Positions 1-12,493 of a stretch of 64,000 nt of DNA are shown here, piece by piece. The notes beneath the pieces were generated by a model that made no database searches, had not been told where the DNA came from, and saw nothing but the letters and a program-made list of their open reading frames with translations. The translations under genes were made by a program, and so were the position numbers. Numbering within the stretch: the stretch's first letter is position 1; each line of letters begins with the position of its first letter. Source of the DNA: Phoronis australis (lineage: Eukaryota; Animalia; Phoronida); contig NMRA01000195.1 in NCBI GenBank assembly GCA_002633005.1, forward strand, positions 599,628 to 663,627, in the 5' to 3' direction.

Positions 1-1051
1 TTGGAACATCTTGCTAATACCTGGTGCTATACCAACTTCAAACTCTTGAAATCGTAACGCAATATCAAAAAGATCGCTGTTGATGTTTTTACCCTTCGCA
101 AGGTAACCTTTGAGAGAGTGTCCTTGATATCTCGCCTTGCCGTCGAACACAACACGCACAGGAGTAGTAATCGAGTCTTTCTTGACAGAAAAATGAGGCA
201 GGAACCACATTCCCTTGTCTTCACGAGTGTCTCTCAGCAGCTCCTCTTCAGTAACAAGTCTGGCAACGCCACGGGACACCTGGTCTCTCATCTGTTCGCA
301 ATAAACTCTCCATTCATCTGGTCTGTTGCAAAACTGTTTCTCTAGGTCCTGAAGTCTGTTGATTGCATAAGTGTAGTTGTTTGGCAGTTTCTCTGGAGAC
401 TTCCTCCACGGCAAAATTATCTGGTATGTACCATCTTCTAGTCGACTGACACTTTGCTTCATAAAGTCGTCAGCCTGCTTATCCTGCTCTTTTGCAGTAC
501 AATTACAACGTTTCGGCTCCAAACCCATCCTCTCCAAACCAAGAAACTCTTCAAGCTCGCCTACTGCACATATTTGTGCGTAGTGTAGTAGGGCATTACA
601 CTGAAGCTCACAAGGATTACGACCCCCCTTGAATGTACCACCCCAGCGGGCATCTGGCAGCGATGGGGTCATCCAGTTTCGGACCAATGATTACTTCCTC
701 AGATGTGATCAGATCAGTATTGTCTACGCCCAGGAGCACGTCTATTACGTCACAGGGAGCTTCGGTTATCTTGACGTTCTGTAAATGGGGATACTGTGCA
801 ATCTGCTGGTTGGAAACTATTGGTGTGTCTCCGCACGGTTTTCGCATTTCATTGAGTCTGACCTTACGAGATAGTGTTCCAGACAAATCTTCAATCACAC
901 AGTCGACGACTCGGAGCCTTTGACTCATTGTGTTGCCGCCCACTGTGGTGAGTTGATATTCTTGCATATGGTGATCAGCAGACTTAGGAATGATACCTTC
1001 ACGAATAAGTGAAACTTGTCTACTCTGGTTAAGAAGAATACGGACCATCAC
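1..1051 (-). mobile_element. BEL/Pao pol remnant (aspartic protease plus start of reverse transcriptase), runs off window start
   Basis: 617..1051 reads 'VRILLNQSRQVSLI...IDVLLGVD...CPLGWYIQG' (degenerate protease). After a frameshift at the G-run ~623-628, the frame reads 'YQIILPWRK...LPNNY...WFLPHFSVKK...VRVVFDGKARYQGHSL...ISKMFQ', typical of BEL RT. Confidence 0.85.
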
Positions 1052-1068
1052 CTTTCTTGTGCCATGAC

Positions 1069-2514
1069 TTATGCCCCCATCACAGTTGGCAAAACATTGG
1101 CCAAGCCTTGACCACGAGTGCTCATGTCTGGAGTGGAGGTCGGATTAGAATTCACTGATTGAAACTCGGGTGCCAGCGTAATTAAACCAAGAGTAAACGA
1201 TGACTTGTCTGAGTTACCATAGCCATCGAGACCGCATACAATGGGACATATCGAAGAGAAATGCGTATCTGTACCACAGGTCGGTATCTGGCAAGGAGCT
1301 TTGAACTGGCAGTTCTGTTGATCGAATGGGTGCTTTCCTGCTATGCAGTTATTATGTCCACTTCTAAAGCAAATGTTATTGTTCTTCATGATGTCAAATT
1401 TCGCTTCCTGTTTCAATGTTTTGAACTTGTTACAGCCTTTCAAAAAATGGTTAGTGAACTTGGGGTGCAGAGGACATTTTAATGGTAGTTTTGTACCAGG
1501 GGACACCGTTGCGTGATTCGTCGTTGTTTTGTACCGCTTGTGTTGCTGTTGTTGGCTTTGCACAGGTATCTCGCCACAGTCTTTGGCTTTCTGCAAGACA
1601 ATTAGTTGCTCGTGTAGCCATTTGACCAAACCGGTCAGTGTATCTTCAGTTTCGCCGTCTCGGTTGCTTTTCAAGTACTGAATGCGGTGTTCTTCTTGCA
1701 TCTTACGTCGAATCTGTGTTAAAATAATCCTGTCATTCAGACCACCCGATAAGCTGAGCGATTCTACTTGAATCTCAAAACACTGCAATGTTTCGACAAA
1801 TGTTTCTAAAACTGGTAGGTCAACTCGCCCTTTTATGTCATAGGATTTTAGGTTGTCGATGTCTCTCAGCAAAGCGTCGATTATGCGGTCATCGTCACCA
1901 TACTCGTTGTCCAAAATCTCCCACGCCCTAGCAACACTCAAACAGTTTTTTATTTTCTTTTTCTCCATTTGCCTGTCCATTGATTCAATCAACTGATACA
2001 AACACTCAGTTTCTCCCAGAGATTTGTCAAAATACATGAACCGTTCTTTGAAGTGTTTGTATTCTCTCAAGTCACCTGAGAACGTAGGGAATTTAACCTT
2101 TGCCATTCGTACGGCAGATGTCGCTTCACTTGACTCGAGTTTCTCAGGTTTTGCAGCATGTGAGGGTTCGGGCTCTGTACCACGAGCAGTGAGATGGTAC
2201 ATTATAGGTAGAGCAGATTTACGCACATCATCTACGTAGCCCTCAGCACGACCTTCAATATCGTTTACTGCCATTTCGTTATTAACGTCTTCCAGTTCAC
2301 TCAGTTCAAAGTCTAACACTCGTTCGTTATGTATTTCCAGTTCATCCATACTATTTCGAATAGAATCTCAGAGTTTTTTGTATTCAGACTTCGGAATACC
2401 ATCCGTGGAACTTAACAACAGGTGTGCCTGTTTGAAAAATCCGGTTATTTTACGTTTGCTAGCCGCCCGTCTCGATGTTACACTTTTCAAGTCTGAGTCA
2501 CTGGGCGCCGCCAT
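1069..2514 (-). mobile_element. BEL/Pao LTR retrotransposon gag-like ORF (DUF1759-like), disrupted
   Basis: ORF 1069..2349 has the BEL gag motif 'PTFSGDLREYKHFKERF' and Cys/His knuckles (CPLH..H..C; C..C..H). The frame extends to an ATG at 2514, with one in-frame TGA at 2368-2370. Confidence 0.85.
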
Positions 2515-4417
2515 TTTGAATTTTCAGTCTACATGTATGTTGAGTGCTATCGGTGAAAGTTCGGCAAAGTTGACACTTATAGTTCGACCACTATGTAACG
2601 GTGGGAGTTTCTTAACTTAAGTAGTGTAATGCTACGGATTGCTAGTTAGTTATAAGCTTTTCTATAGATGTCGCTGTCGTTCATTTTATCGGTTTGTGAC
2701 AGTGGCGTTATTTTTTGAGTTCCACACAGTTGAAAAAATATAAACATATCGAGTCGCTCTCGCAATATTTATCGCATTTTACTTACCGAAACGCATTGCA
2801 GAGACTATTTATTGTTTCCACGTGTGATTCCATAACAGCTTTTTCAACTTTCTTGTGATATGTAAGAACGTACTGTTGTTAAGGCACCCACTAACTTTTG
2901 CAACTATGTTCAATACACTAACATTCAGGGTTGCGTTTAGATCTGTTTTCCAGGATAAACGGATATCTTTTATATTTATAGCTTCTTTCATAAGTTTAAC
3001 TTTTAATGTCAAGATTTATCTTTTGCAGTTTCAAAACCCTAAAGTTACCATTCTTGGCATGTGTAAAAGAAAAATTTGAACCACTAATGCATAACGCATT
3101 GTAGTATGTATCTTGACTGAGCCTGCAGTTTTAAGTGTGATTGTATGTTTATTTAATTCGAATTTTATTCTTCTACTTGTATACCAAGTCCACTGCCTTC
3201 GAAAGGATAGCTTCTCTACAGCTATTGTATGAACATGTATAATGGTCTCCTTCTTAGTGAATAATAGAGAATGGGCAAACACTGTCTACATTGTAAAATA
3301 TGAAGTTTACAGAATGTAATCTTACCTACACTTTTGCTTGTGGTACAAGTGAGAACTTTCCAATCGAGCATTTTCAAGTGCTCTAACAACCAGCCACTGA
3401 TTTTTATGCTTTGGGTTTAGAATATGTTTTGAGTTGAAAATTTAAAAACTTGATGTATTGCTTTTTATGAGTATGCGTTGTTTCATCAGTAGGCTGCATC
3501 AAGCAACGGCCACCTGCTGCAAGTGGGCAGGGGGGAGGGCAGCCAGTTTTCTGCCAGTTTGAAGTCTTTGTGAATTGTCTGCGATCAGTATTATAACTTT
3601 TGATTTCAACCTTGAGCTTGGGAAGGGTATTGTACTTCAGAAGGTGACAAGTTGGGTGGATGCCTGAAATTAATTGATTCCTCCTAGGGTCATTTCTCCA
3701 ATTAGCTTCTCACAGCATGGAAGTCCTAAAATAGCCGTATCAGTGTCAATTGTCTATTTAGTCTAAAATTTCTCCTTCTCATAATACCATGTATGGAAAA
3801 GTTCTTGTCCTATTGCTAAGCTGTCTGGTTCGTATGTTGCATTTTGCAACATGTGCAGTGAGTCAGGAGATATGCCTCATTCAACTCAAAACATATGCTA
3901 CTTGTACAGATTCAAGCAGCACAATGCATTTTTGACTACAAAAAACTGGTGTAGAAGTTATTTTCAGTGGCAAACTGTTTTGATTGTTATAGGTTGTTCA
4001 TTTCCATATTCCAACTATTGAATGTATCTTTGCCAAATGAAAAATAAACAATAAGATTAATGAGTATCTGTTTTAATTATATGTACTAATCACACATTTA
4101 AATTTGAAGGCTCTAGCCAAGTTTGAGTTAGCACCTAATGCCCATGGTTGCATGAAATGACCTGAAAATTTATAATTGGAACTAGGCGAATTTTAAGTGT
4201 CTAGCTCAAAATCCTAGTTTGCAATTACCTGTGACCTATTGTTTCTGATTGGATGACCCGATTGCTTAGTGAATTAATGTATTTGATTGGCATGTACTCT
4301 TACACTTGTGCACTGAAATTCAAAAGAACTCCTTGAAAATGGAGGAAAAATAACAGTTTGAAAAAATTATATGCTCTTTGCACTAATTTACCTTATCTGG
4401 TGCATTGTAAGCAATTT

Positions 4418-5577
4418 TTATGCGCCCACATATTTATATGTGGTCGCATATTTCCGTCATCTCTGTCTGGGCGTCCGGCGTCCGCGGCTGTATCTCCTAA
4501 ACCCCTTGCAGGATCTTATTGAAGTTTGGTAGATATGTTTCTATGGCGTTGACGACAGAGGGCGACGAGTTTCAGATCGACCCGAATACCGCTGTGCCCC
4601 CTAGCGGCAATTTTAGTTTTTTACGTTCGCCTCTGTATCTTCAAAGGTCCTCAACTGATTTTCATGAAATTTGGCACTTAGGCATATATTAATGAGTTGG
4701 CGCTATTCTCTCGTTTTCGGACGGATTCGAGACATTTTGCGCCATCTAGTGGCCATTTTTACTATTTTCGAGTCGTTTTTTGGCGTCCGCCCCTCTAACA
4801 ACCATACCACTCTAAGGATGTTTATGAAAATTGGCATGTATGTCCGTACTCTGATGAAGACAGGTGACGATGATTTTCCGGCGACTTCGATTACTGTGGC
4901 GCCTCCTAGTGGCAGTTTTGTTTGTTTTTGCGCCCATGGCTGTATCTCCTAAGCGTCTACAGGATCTTTATCAAATGTAGCAAATGTATTTATATGAAGT
5001 TGACAACGGACGACGACAACTTTCGGACAGATCGGTGTACCGGTGTGCCCCCTAGTGGCAATTTTAGTTTTTTTACGTTTAACTCTGTATCTTCAAAGGT
5101 CCTCAACGAATTTCTATAAACTTTGACACATAGACATCTATTAGTGAGATGACGCTATCTATGAAGAGGACGGTTGACAATAATTTTTCCAATGACTTCG
5201 ACTTCTGTGGTGCCGCCTAGTGGTGTTTTTATCCACCCATAGGTGTATCTCCTAAGCCCTCTGCAGGATCACGTGTATTTATATGAAGTTAGGACGAGAA
5301 GACGACGACTTTTTACGGATCCGAGGAACACTCCGCCCCCTAGTGGCAATTTTTTTTTTCGTTTCCCTCTGTTTCTCTGAAGTTCCTCGATGAATTTTAA
5401 TGAAATTTGGTAAGTGGCTTTCTTTTAAAGAAACGATGACATTGTCTGGTTTCCCGACGGATTTGATGCATTTTGCTCCATCTAGTGGCCATTTTGATGA
5501 TACAAATAAACAACCCTATAAGCACACCATTTGCGATGCATTCGTGGGCGCATTTCAACGCTTCGCGTTGCTCTTGT
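4418..5577 (+). mobile_element. Second HINE-type non-autonomous Helentron inserted into the array above
   Basis: 5' hairpin ATGCGCCCACATA..TATGTGGTCGCAT after a T-run, (GTCC)-like microsatellite, internal subrepeats with CCC(C/T)CTAG(C/T)GGC, 3' subTIR GTGGGCGCAT, short palindrome CAACGC-TTC-GCGTTG and CTTGT end. Array sequence resumes on both sides. Confidence 0.7.
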
Positions 5578-8500
5578 AATAGAATTAAAGTGTTTAATGC
5601 TGACAATCACACTTGTCTAACTGTTGACACATCAGAACACATGTTCAATGAAAAGGTCAAAATTTCAGAAGAAAAATGCACCTTATGACCCCATGGTTGC
5701 ACCAAATGACCTGAAAATTAAGAATTCAAACTCAAACGCACATTGTAAACAGATGTGTAATTTTGAAGTCTCTAGCTCAAAATTTTAGTTTGCACTCAAT
5801 GACCTTCGACCTATTTTTTCTGATTGGTTAGGCCTATTTTGTAGTAAAGTAGACTGTTCAATCGGCATGTTGGCTTACACCAGTGTGCTGAAATTGAAAA
5901 GAATTCCTTGAAAAATGTAGGAGATATAGCATTTTGAACGTTAGATGACCTTTGCACTAATTGACCCTATCCGGTGCATTAGAAGCGTCTTTAGGAGAAT
6001 TATTGCAAAGCCCGTGAAAAGTCTGTTTAATGCTGAGAATCAAAGTTGACACATCAGAATACTTGATGAATGCAAAGGACAATTTTTCAGAATAGAAATG
6101 CACCTAATGACCCCATGGGTGCACCAAATGACCTGAAAATTTAGAATTCAAACTCAATCACATTTACTAAACATATATCTAATTTTGAAGTCTCTAGCTC
6201 AAAATTTTAGTTTGCACTCGATGACCTTCGACCTATTTCTCTGATTGGTTAGGCCTATTACATAGTAAAGTAGGACGTTCGATTGGCATGGTGACTTAAA
6301 CGAGTGTGCTGAACTTGAAAAGAATTCCTTGAAAAATGTAGTGGATATAACATCTTGAACGCTAGATAACCTTTGCACTAATTGACCCTATTGCATTATA
6401 AACGTCTTTAGGAGAATCATTGCAAAGCCCGTGAAAAGTGTGTTTAATGCTGAGAATCACAGTTGTCTAACGGTTGACACATCAGAATACTTGATGAATG
6501 CAAAGGACAAATTTTCAGAATAGAAATGCACCTAATGACCCCATGGTTGCACTAAATGACCTGAAACTTTTTATTTCGAATTGAATTAGACGTACCAATC
6601 AGACTTCTGAATTTGAAGTGTCTAGCTCAAAATTTTAGTTTGCATTTAATGACCTTTGACCTGTTTTATCTGATTGGCTGTTTCGATTACTTAGAAATTT
6701 AAAGTAATTTTTTAAATTGTGTTGTTGACTTATACCTGTGCATCGAGTTTGAAAAAGATAGCTTTAAAACTGAAGAATGAGTAGCATTTTGAAAATTATA
6801 TGACCTCTGCACGAAACGACCTTTCCCGGTTCAATATGGAATATTATTATATAACGAATCAAAGTCTATGTACTCTCAAAAGTCATATGCGGAATTTAAA
6901 GACCGTACCTGCACCCAATTTGGAGTTATTAAGCCTCGAAGTTGGTCGGAAGAAGAAGAAGAAGAACTAGAAAGATTATTGTCACGCCGTGACAATAACG
7001 GACTCTGCGCGTGCGTATTACTGGAATTATTATGGGAAATTACTGACAGCAACCCGTTTCTCCATATGAAAAGGAATTCTTTAAAATTGTAGGAGAAATT
7101 ACACTGTACATATTAATTTTTTGATGACCTTTCCACTAATTGACCTCTTCCGGTGCATTATGAGCCCCGATGAGGGAGTAATTGTTAACTCGATTAAAAG
7201 TGTGGTTAATGCTAATAATCACAGATGTTTTACTTTAAGCACTTCAGAATACAAGATGAATGAAGTGGTCAAGCTTTCAGAAGAAAAATGCACCTAATGG
7301 CCCCATGGGTGCACCAAATGACCTGAAAATTTAGAATTCAAACTCAATCACATTTACTAAACAGATATGTAATTTTGAAGTCTCTAGCTCAAAATTTTGG
7401 TTTGCACTCGATGACGTTCGACCTATTTCTCTGATTGGTTAGGCCTATTACATAGTAAAGTAGGACGTTCGATTGGCATGGTGACTTAAACGAGTGTGTT
7501 GAACTTGAAAAGAATTCCTTGAAAAATGTAGTGGATATAACATCTTGAACGCTAGATAACCTTTGCACTAATTGATCCTATTGCATTATAAACGTCTTTA
7601 GGAGAATCATTGCAAAGCCCGTGAAAAGTGTGTTTAATGCTGAGAATCACAGTTGTCTAACGGTTGACACATCAGAATACTTGGTGAATAAAAAGGACAA
7701 ACTTTCAGAAGAAAAATTCACTTAATGACGACATGATTTCACTAAATGATCTGAAACTTGGTAATTCACATTGAATTAGGTAGCAATCAGACTTGTGAAT
7801 TTGAAGTGTCTTGCTCAAAATTTTAGTTTGCACTCAATGACCTTTGACCTATTTTCTCTGATTGGATGACCCTATTGCTTAGTAAAGTAGGCTATATCAT
7901 TGGCATGTAGGTTTACACCAATGTGCTGGAATTGAAGAGGTTTCCTTAAAAACTGTAGAAGAAATAAAATTTTCAAAAGTAGATGACCTTTGCACTAGTT
8001 GACCGTATCCAGTGCATTTTAAGCCCTTTTAGTAGAACTATTGCAAAGTCCGTGAAAAGTATACTTAATGCTGAGAATCACAGTTGTCTAACGGTTGACA
8101 CATCAGACTACTTGGTGAATGAAAAGGACAAATTTTCAGAAGAAAAATGCACCTAATTACCCCATGGTTGCACTAAATGACCTGAATCTTTGGATTCGGA
8201 ATTGAATTAAATGTGCCAATCATACCTGTGAATTCGAAGTGTCTAGCTTAAAATTTTAGTTTGCATTTAATGACCTTTGACCTGTTTTATCTGATTGGAT
8301 GTTTCGATTACTTAGAAAAGTAATTTTTTAAATTGTGTTGTTGACTTATACCTGTGCACCGAGTTTGAAAAAGATAGCTTTAAAACTGAAGAATGAGTAG
8401 CATTTTGAAAATTATATGACCTCTGCACGAAACGACCTTTCCCGGTTCAATATGGAATATTATTATATAACGAATCAAAATCTATGTACTGTCAAATGTC

Positions 8501-10103
8501 ATATGCTGAATTTAAAGACCGTACCTGCACCCAATTTGGAGTTATTAAGCCTCGAAGTTGGTCGGAAGAAGAAGAAGAACTAGAAAGATTATTGTCACGC
8601 CGTGACAATAACGGACTCTGCGCGTGCGTATTACTGGAATTATTATGGGAAATTACTGACAGCAACCCGTTTTTCCATATGAAAAGGAATTCTTTAAAAT
8701 TGTAGGAGAAATTACACTGTACATATTAATTTTTTGATGACCTTTCCACTAATTGACCTCTTCCGGTGCATTATGAGCCCCGATGAGGGAGTAATTGTTA
8801 ACTCGATTAAAAGTGTGGTTAATGCTAATAATCACAGATGTTTTACTTTAAGCACTTCAGAATACAAGATGAATGAAGTGGTCAAGCTTTCAGAAGAAAA
8901 ATGCACCTAATGACCCCATGGGTGCACCAAATGACCTGAAAATTTAGAATTCAAACTCAATCACATTTACTAAACAGATATGTAATTTTGAAGTCTCTAG
9001 CTCAAAATTTTGGTTTGCATTCGATGACCTTCGACCTACTTCTCTGATTGGTTAGGCCTATTACATAGTAAAGTAGGACGTTCGATTGGCATGGTGACTT
9101 AAACGAGTGTGCTGAACTTGAAAAGAATTCCTTGAAAAATGTAGTGAATATAACATCTTGAACGCTAGATAACCTTTGCACTAATTGACCCTATTGCATT
9201 ATAAACGTCTTTAGGAGAATCATTGCAAAGCCCGTGAAAAGTGTGTTTAATGCTGAGAATCACAGTTGTCTAACGGTTGACACATCAGAATACTTGGTGA
9301 ATAAAAAGGACAAACTTTCAGAAGAAAAATTCACTTAATGACGACATGGTTTCACTAAATGATCTGAAACTTGGTAATTCACATTGAATTAGACGTAGCA
9401 ATCAGACTTGTGAATTTGAAGTGTCTTGCTCAAAATTTTAGTTTGCACTCAATGACCTTTAACCTATTTTCTCTGATTGGATGACCCTATTGCTTAGTAA
9501 AGTAGGGTATATCATTGGCATGTAGGTTTACACCAATGTGCTGGAATTGAAGAGGTTTCCTTAAAAACTGTAGAAGAAATAAAATTTTCAAAAGTAGATT
9601 ACCTTTGCACTAGTTGACCCTATCCAGTGCATTTTAAGCCCTTTTAGTAGAACTATTGCAAAGTCCGTGATAAGTATACTTAATGCTGAGAATCACAGTT
9701 GTCTAACGGTTGACACATCAGACTACTTGGTGAATGAAAAGGACAAATTTTCAGAAGAAAAATGCACCTAATTACCCCATGGTTGCACTAAATGACCTGA
9801 ATCTTTGGATTCGGAATTGAATTAAATGTGCCAATCAGACCTGTGAATTCGAAGTGTCTAGCTCAAAATCTTAGTTCGCACCTATTGACCTTTGACCTGT
9901 TTAACCTGATTGGTTGACCCGATTACTTAGAAGAGTAATTTTTAAAATTGTCTTATTAACTTATACTTGTGTACCGAATTTGAAAAGAATAGCTTTTAAA
10001 GTAAAGAATGAGTAGAATTGTGAAAATTACATGATCTTTGCACCAAATGACCTCTTCCGGTGCATTATGAAATATGATTATATAATGAATCAAAATTTAT
10101 ATA

Positions 10104-10901
10104 CCGTCAGAGGTCCTAAAGTCGTGAGTGCCCTAAAGTCGTGAACGATCTTATTTCCTCTTCTTCGCGGTCCTGCGACATCTGGCGTTGAAGTTTCCAG
10201 CGTTCGTCTGCTTACGAACGTCAAACGAATACCCGGACGTGTTCGTATTCACAATATCATAACAAACAGTGAGTGCGTGGCTTCTTTTTTCAAATGTATC
10301 TTAAAAACAGCATATTTCACTAATTCGCTTTTTTGTGCATTTTTGGGATGAATTTTCGAAAATATTTATCGTTCAGATTTACTCAAACACTCGCTCCAGG
10401 GGTAGCTTCGACAATGTATCAAAATGTCCCAGGGTCGATTAAGTTTTGTAAGGCCAAAACAATAAAATACAGAGCGATAATTAATGCTGGCAATTTACGT
10501 GAACAACCTCATTGAAAACGTCTCCGCACATCAAAGTTGGGTGCAAAACATATAACAATTTATTTCAATTGAAACTGAATTAATAAACAATGCAATGCAT
10601 TTTTATGTCATCTAGAGTAACTGTAAGCACTGTAGTTGACTTGTGTGGTCATACTTCGTGCATTTCCGTCTAAACGAAACGTTCACGACTTTGGGACCTC
10701 ATTCAGAATGGCCGGCGATATCAGCGACTGTTTTAAAACACTGCTTACGGATACAAACAAGGATTAAGATTGTCAAAACATGTATATTTGTGAAGGCTGA
10801 TATATGTCCATGACATCACATGAGCAGTTGCAAACGGACATTGGGTAGTATGACAATCCACTGCTTATTATGCTTATATTCATGACTTAAGGTCACCGGT
10901 G
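10104..10901. mobile_element. TA-flanked non-autonomous DNA transposon (Tc1/mariner/pogo-like), asymmetric ends
   Basis: Interrupts a HINE unit relative to the 8481 copy. TA on both sides. Motif CCTWAAGTCRTGA occurs twice at the left end and is inverted at ~10683-10697 and ~10880-10892. Confidence 0.6.
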
Positions 10902-12253
10902 TATACTGCCTGAAAATCGCATGTTAAATTTGAAAAACACACCTGCAACTATTTTGGAGTTATGAATTGTCAAATTTGGTCGGAAGAAGAATAGAAATAA
11001 GAACTAGAAAGATTATTGTCACGCCGTGACAATAAGGGACTCTGCGCGTGCGTATTACTGGAATTATTATGGGAAGTTACTGACAGCAACCCGTTTACCA
11101 ATATGAAAAGGAATTCTTTTAAATTGTAGGAGAAATTACATATTAATATTTTGATGACCTTTCCACTAATTGACCTCTTCCGGTGAGGGAATAATTGTTA
11201 ACTCGATTAAAAGTGTGGTTAATGCTAAAAACGCAGATGTTTTACTTTAAGCACTTCAGGATACAAAATGAATGAATTGGTCAAACTTTCAAAAGTAAAA
11301 TGCACCTAATGACCTTATGCATGAAACAAATGACCTGAAAATTTAGAATTCAAACTCAATCACGTTTATTAAACAGATATAATTTTTAGTTCAAAGCTTT
11401 AGTTTGCACCCAATGACCTTTGACCTAGTTTTCTGATTGGTTAGGCCTATTGCATAGTAAAGTATGGTATTCTATTGGCATCATGGCTTACATCAGCGTG
11501 CTGAAAGTGAAAAGATTTCCTTGAAAAATGTAGGAGATATAAGATTTTAAACGTTAGATGACCTTTGCACTAATTGACCCGATCCGGAGCATTATAAGCC
11601 CGTAAAAAGTGTGTTTAATGCTGAGAATCACAGTTGTCTAACGGTCGACACATGAGAATACTTGGGGAATAAAAAGACAAATTTTCAGAAGAAAAATGCA
11701 CCTAATGACCCCATGGTTGCACTAAATGACCTGAAACTTTGTATTACGAATTGAATTAGATGTACCAATCAGATTTGTGAATTGGAAGTGTCTAGCTCAA
11801 AATTTTAGTTTGCACCTAATGACCAGAATTTAAAGAACATGCCTTCACCCATTTTGGAGTTATTATGCCTCGAAGTTGGTCGGAAGAAGAATAAGAAGAA
11901 TTAGAAGAATAAGAATAAAAATGAAAAAGACCAAGGAACAACAGTACTCTGCGCTTGCACGCGCAGAGTAATGAAATGTAACAAAAAGAAACTATGTTCA
12001 AATTTACACGTTACATAATGCAGTACCATATAGATAATAAGCCAGTTGCCCAGGAAAATGTCCCAGAAAATGGCGACGGGCAAAGGGCATAAAATAGCAA
12101 GCGATATCGCCCCCAAGTCCAACCAAATCCCGTTGAATAACTATGTGTATGTACAGTAGACGTTTCTCCACCACAAACGTTTGTGGAATGACATTCGAAA
12201 ATGGCGGCACGAGAATAAATAGTCAGAGAGAGCGACATCTGGCGCAAGAACTA

Positions 12254-12493
12254 CATGCGCGCACCCAGGGGGGGGGAGTGCTCGGGACCTCGAACGAGTC
12301 CCCCATTTGGCGAAAAAAGGTCCGTCTCAGCGAAATAAAAAGTCGTAAAAAGTAGAAAACGTACAATAAGAAGGCAGGAATTCGGCGAATGCACAATTCA
12401 TAGCTCTGAACGTACCCCTTTCTCTTTCTTAGTGAAACGTCCACATTCCCAAAAATTCGAGTCCCCGTATTTTTCAGGCTGGTTGCGCGCATG
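12254..12493. mobile_element. MITE with CA..TG termini and 5-bp TSD (hAT-like)
   Basis: TIRs CATGCGCGCACCCAG / CTGGTTGCGCGCATG, flanked by direct repeat AACTA. Confidence 0.65.

Larger units (their letters stand above)
4100..11970 (-). repeat. Helentron-associated (HINE/DINE-1-like) element expanded into a tandem array (~430 bp monomers, ~1.6 kb higher-order unit)
   Basis: Monomer landmark (G/C)TTAATGCT at ~5592, 6025, 6442, 7204, 7632, 8064, 8817, 9245, 9677, 11217, 11613. The terminal module (CTAG + palindrome TTATTGTCACG-C-CGTGACAATAA + subTIR ACTCTGCGCG) occurs at 6967, 8580 and 11004. The opposite end is hairpin TACTCTGCGC-N6-GCGCAGAGTA at 11945-11970, next to a GAA-rich microsatellite. 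Confidence 0.75.

Noticed and set aside
6868-8705. Near-identical 73-74 aa ORFs with poly-Glu (6868..7092, 8484..8705)
   Set aside because: They span the HINE junction; the poly-E is the GAA microsatellite. Repeat artifacts, not genes.
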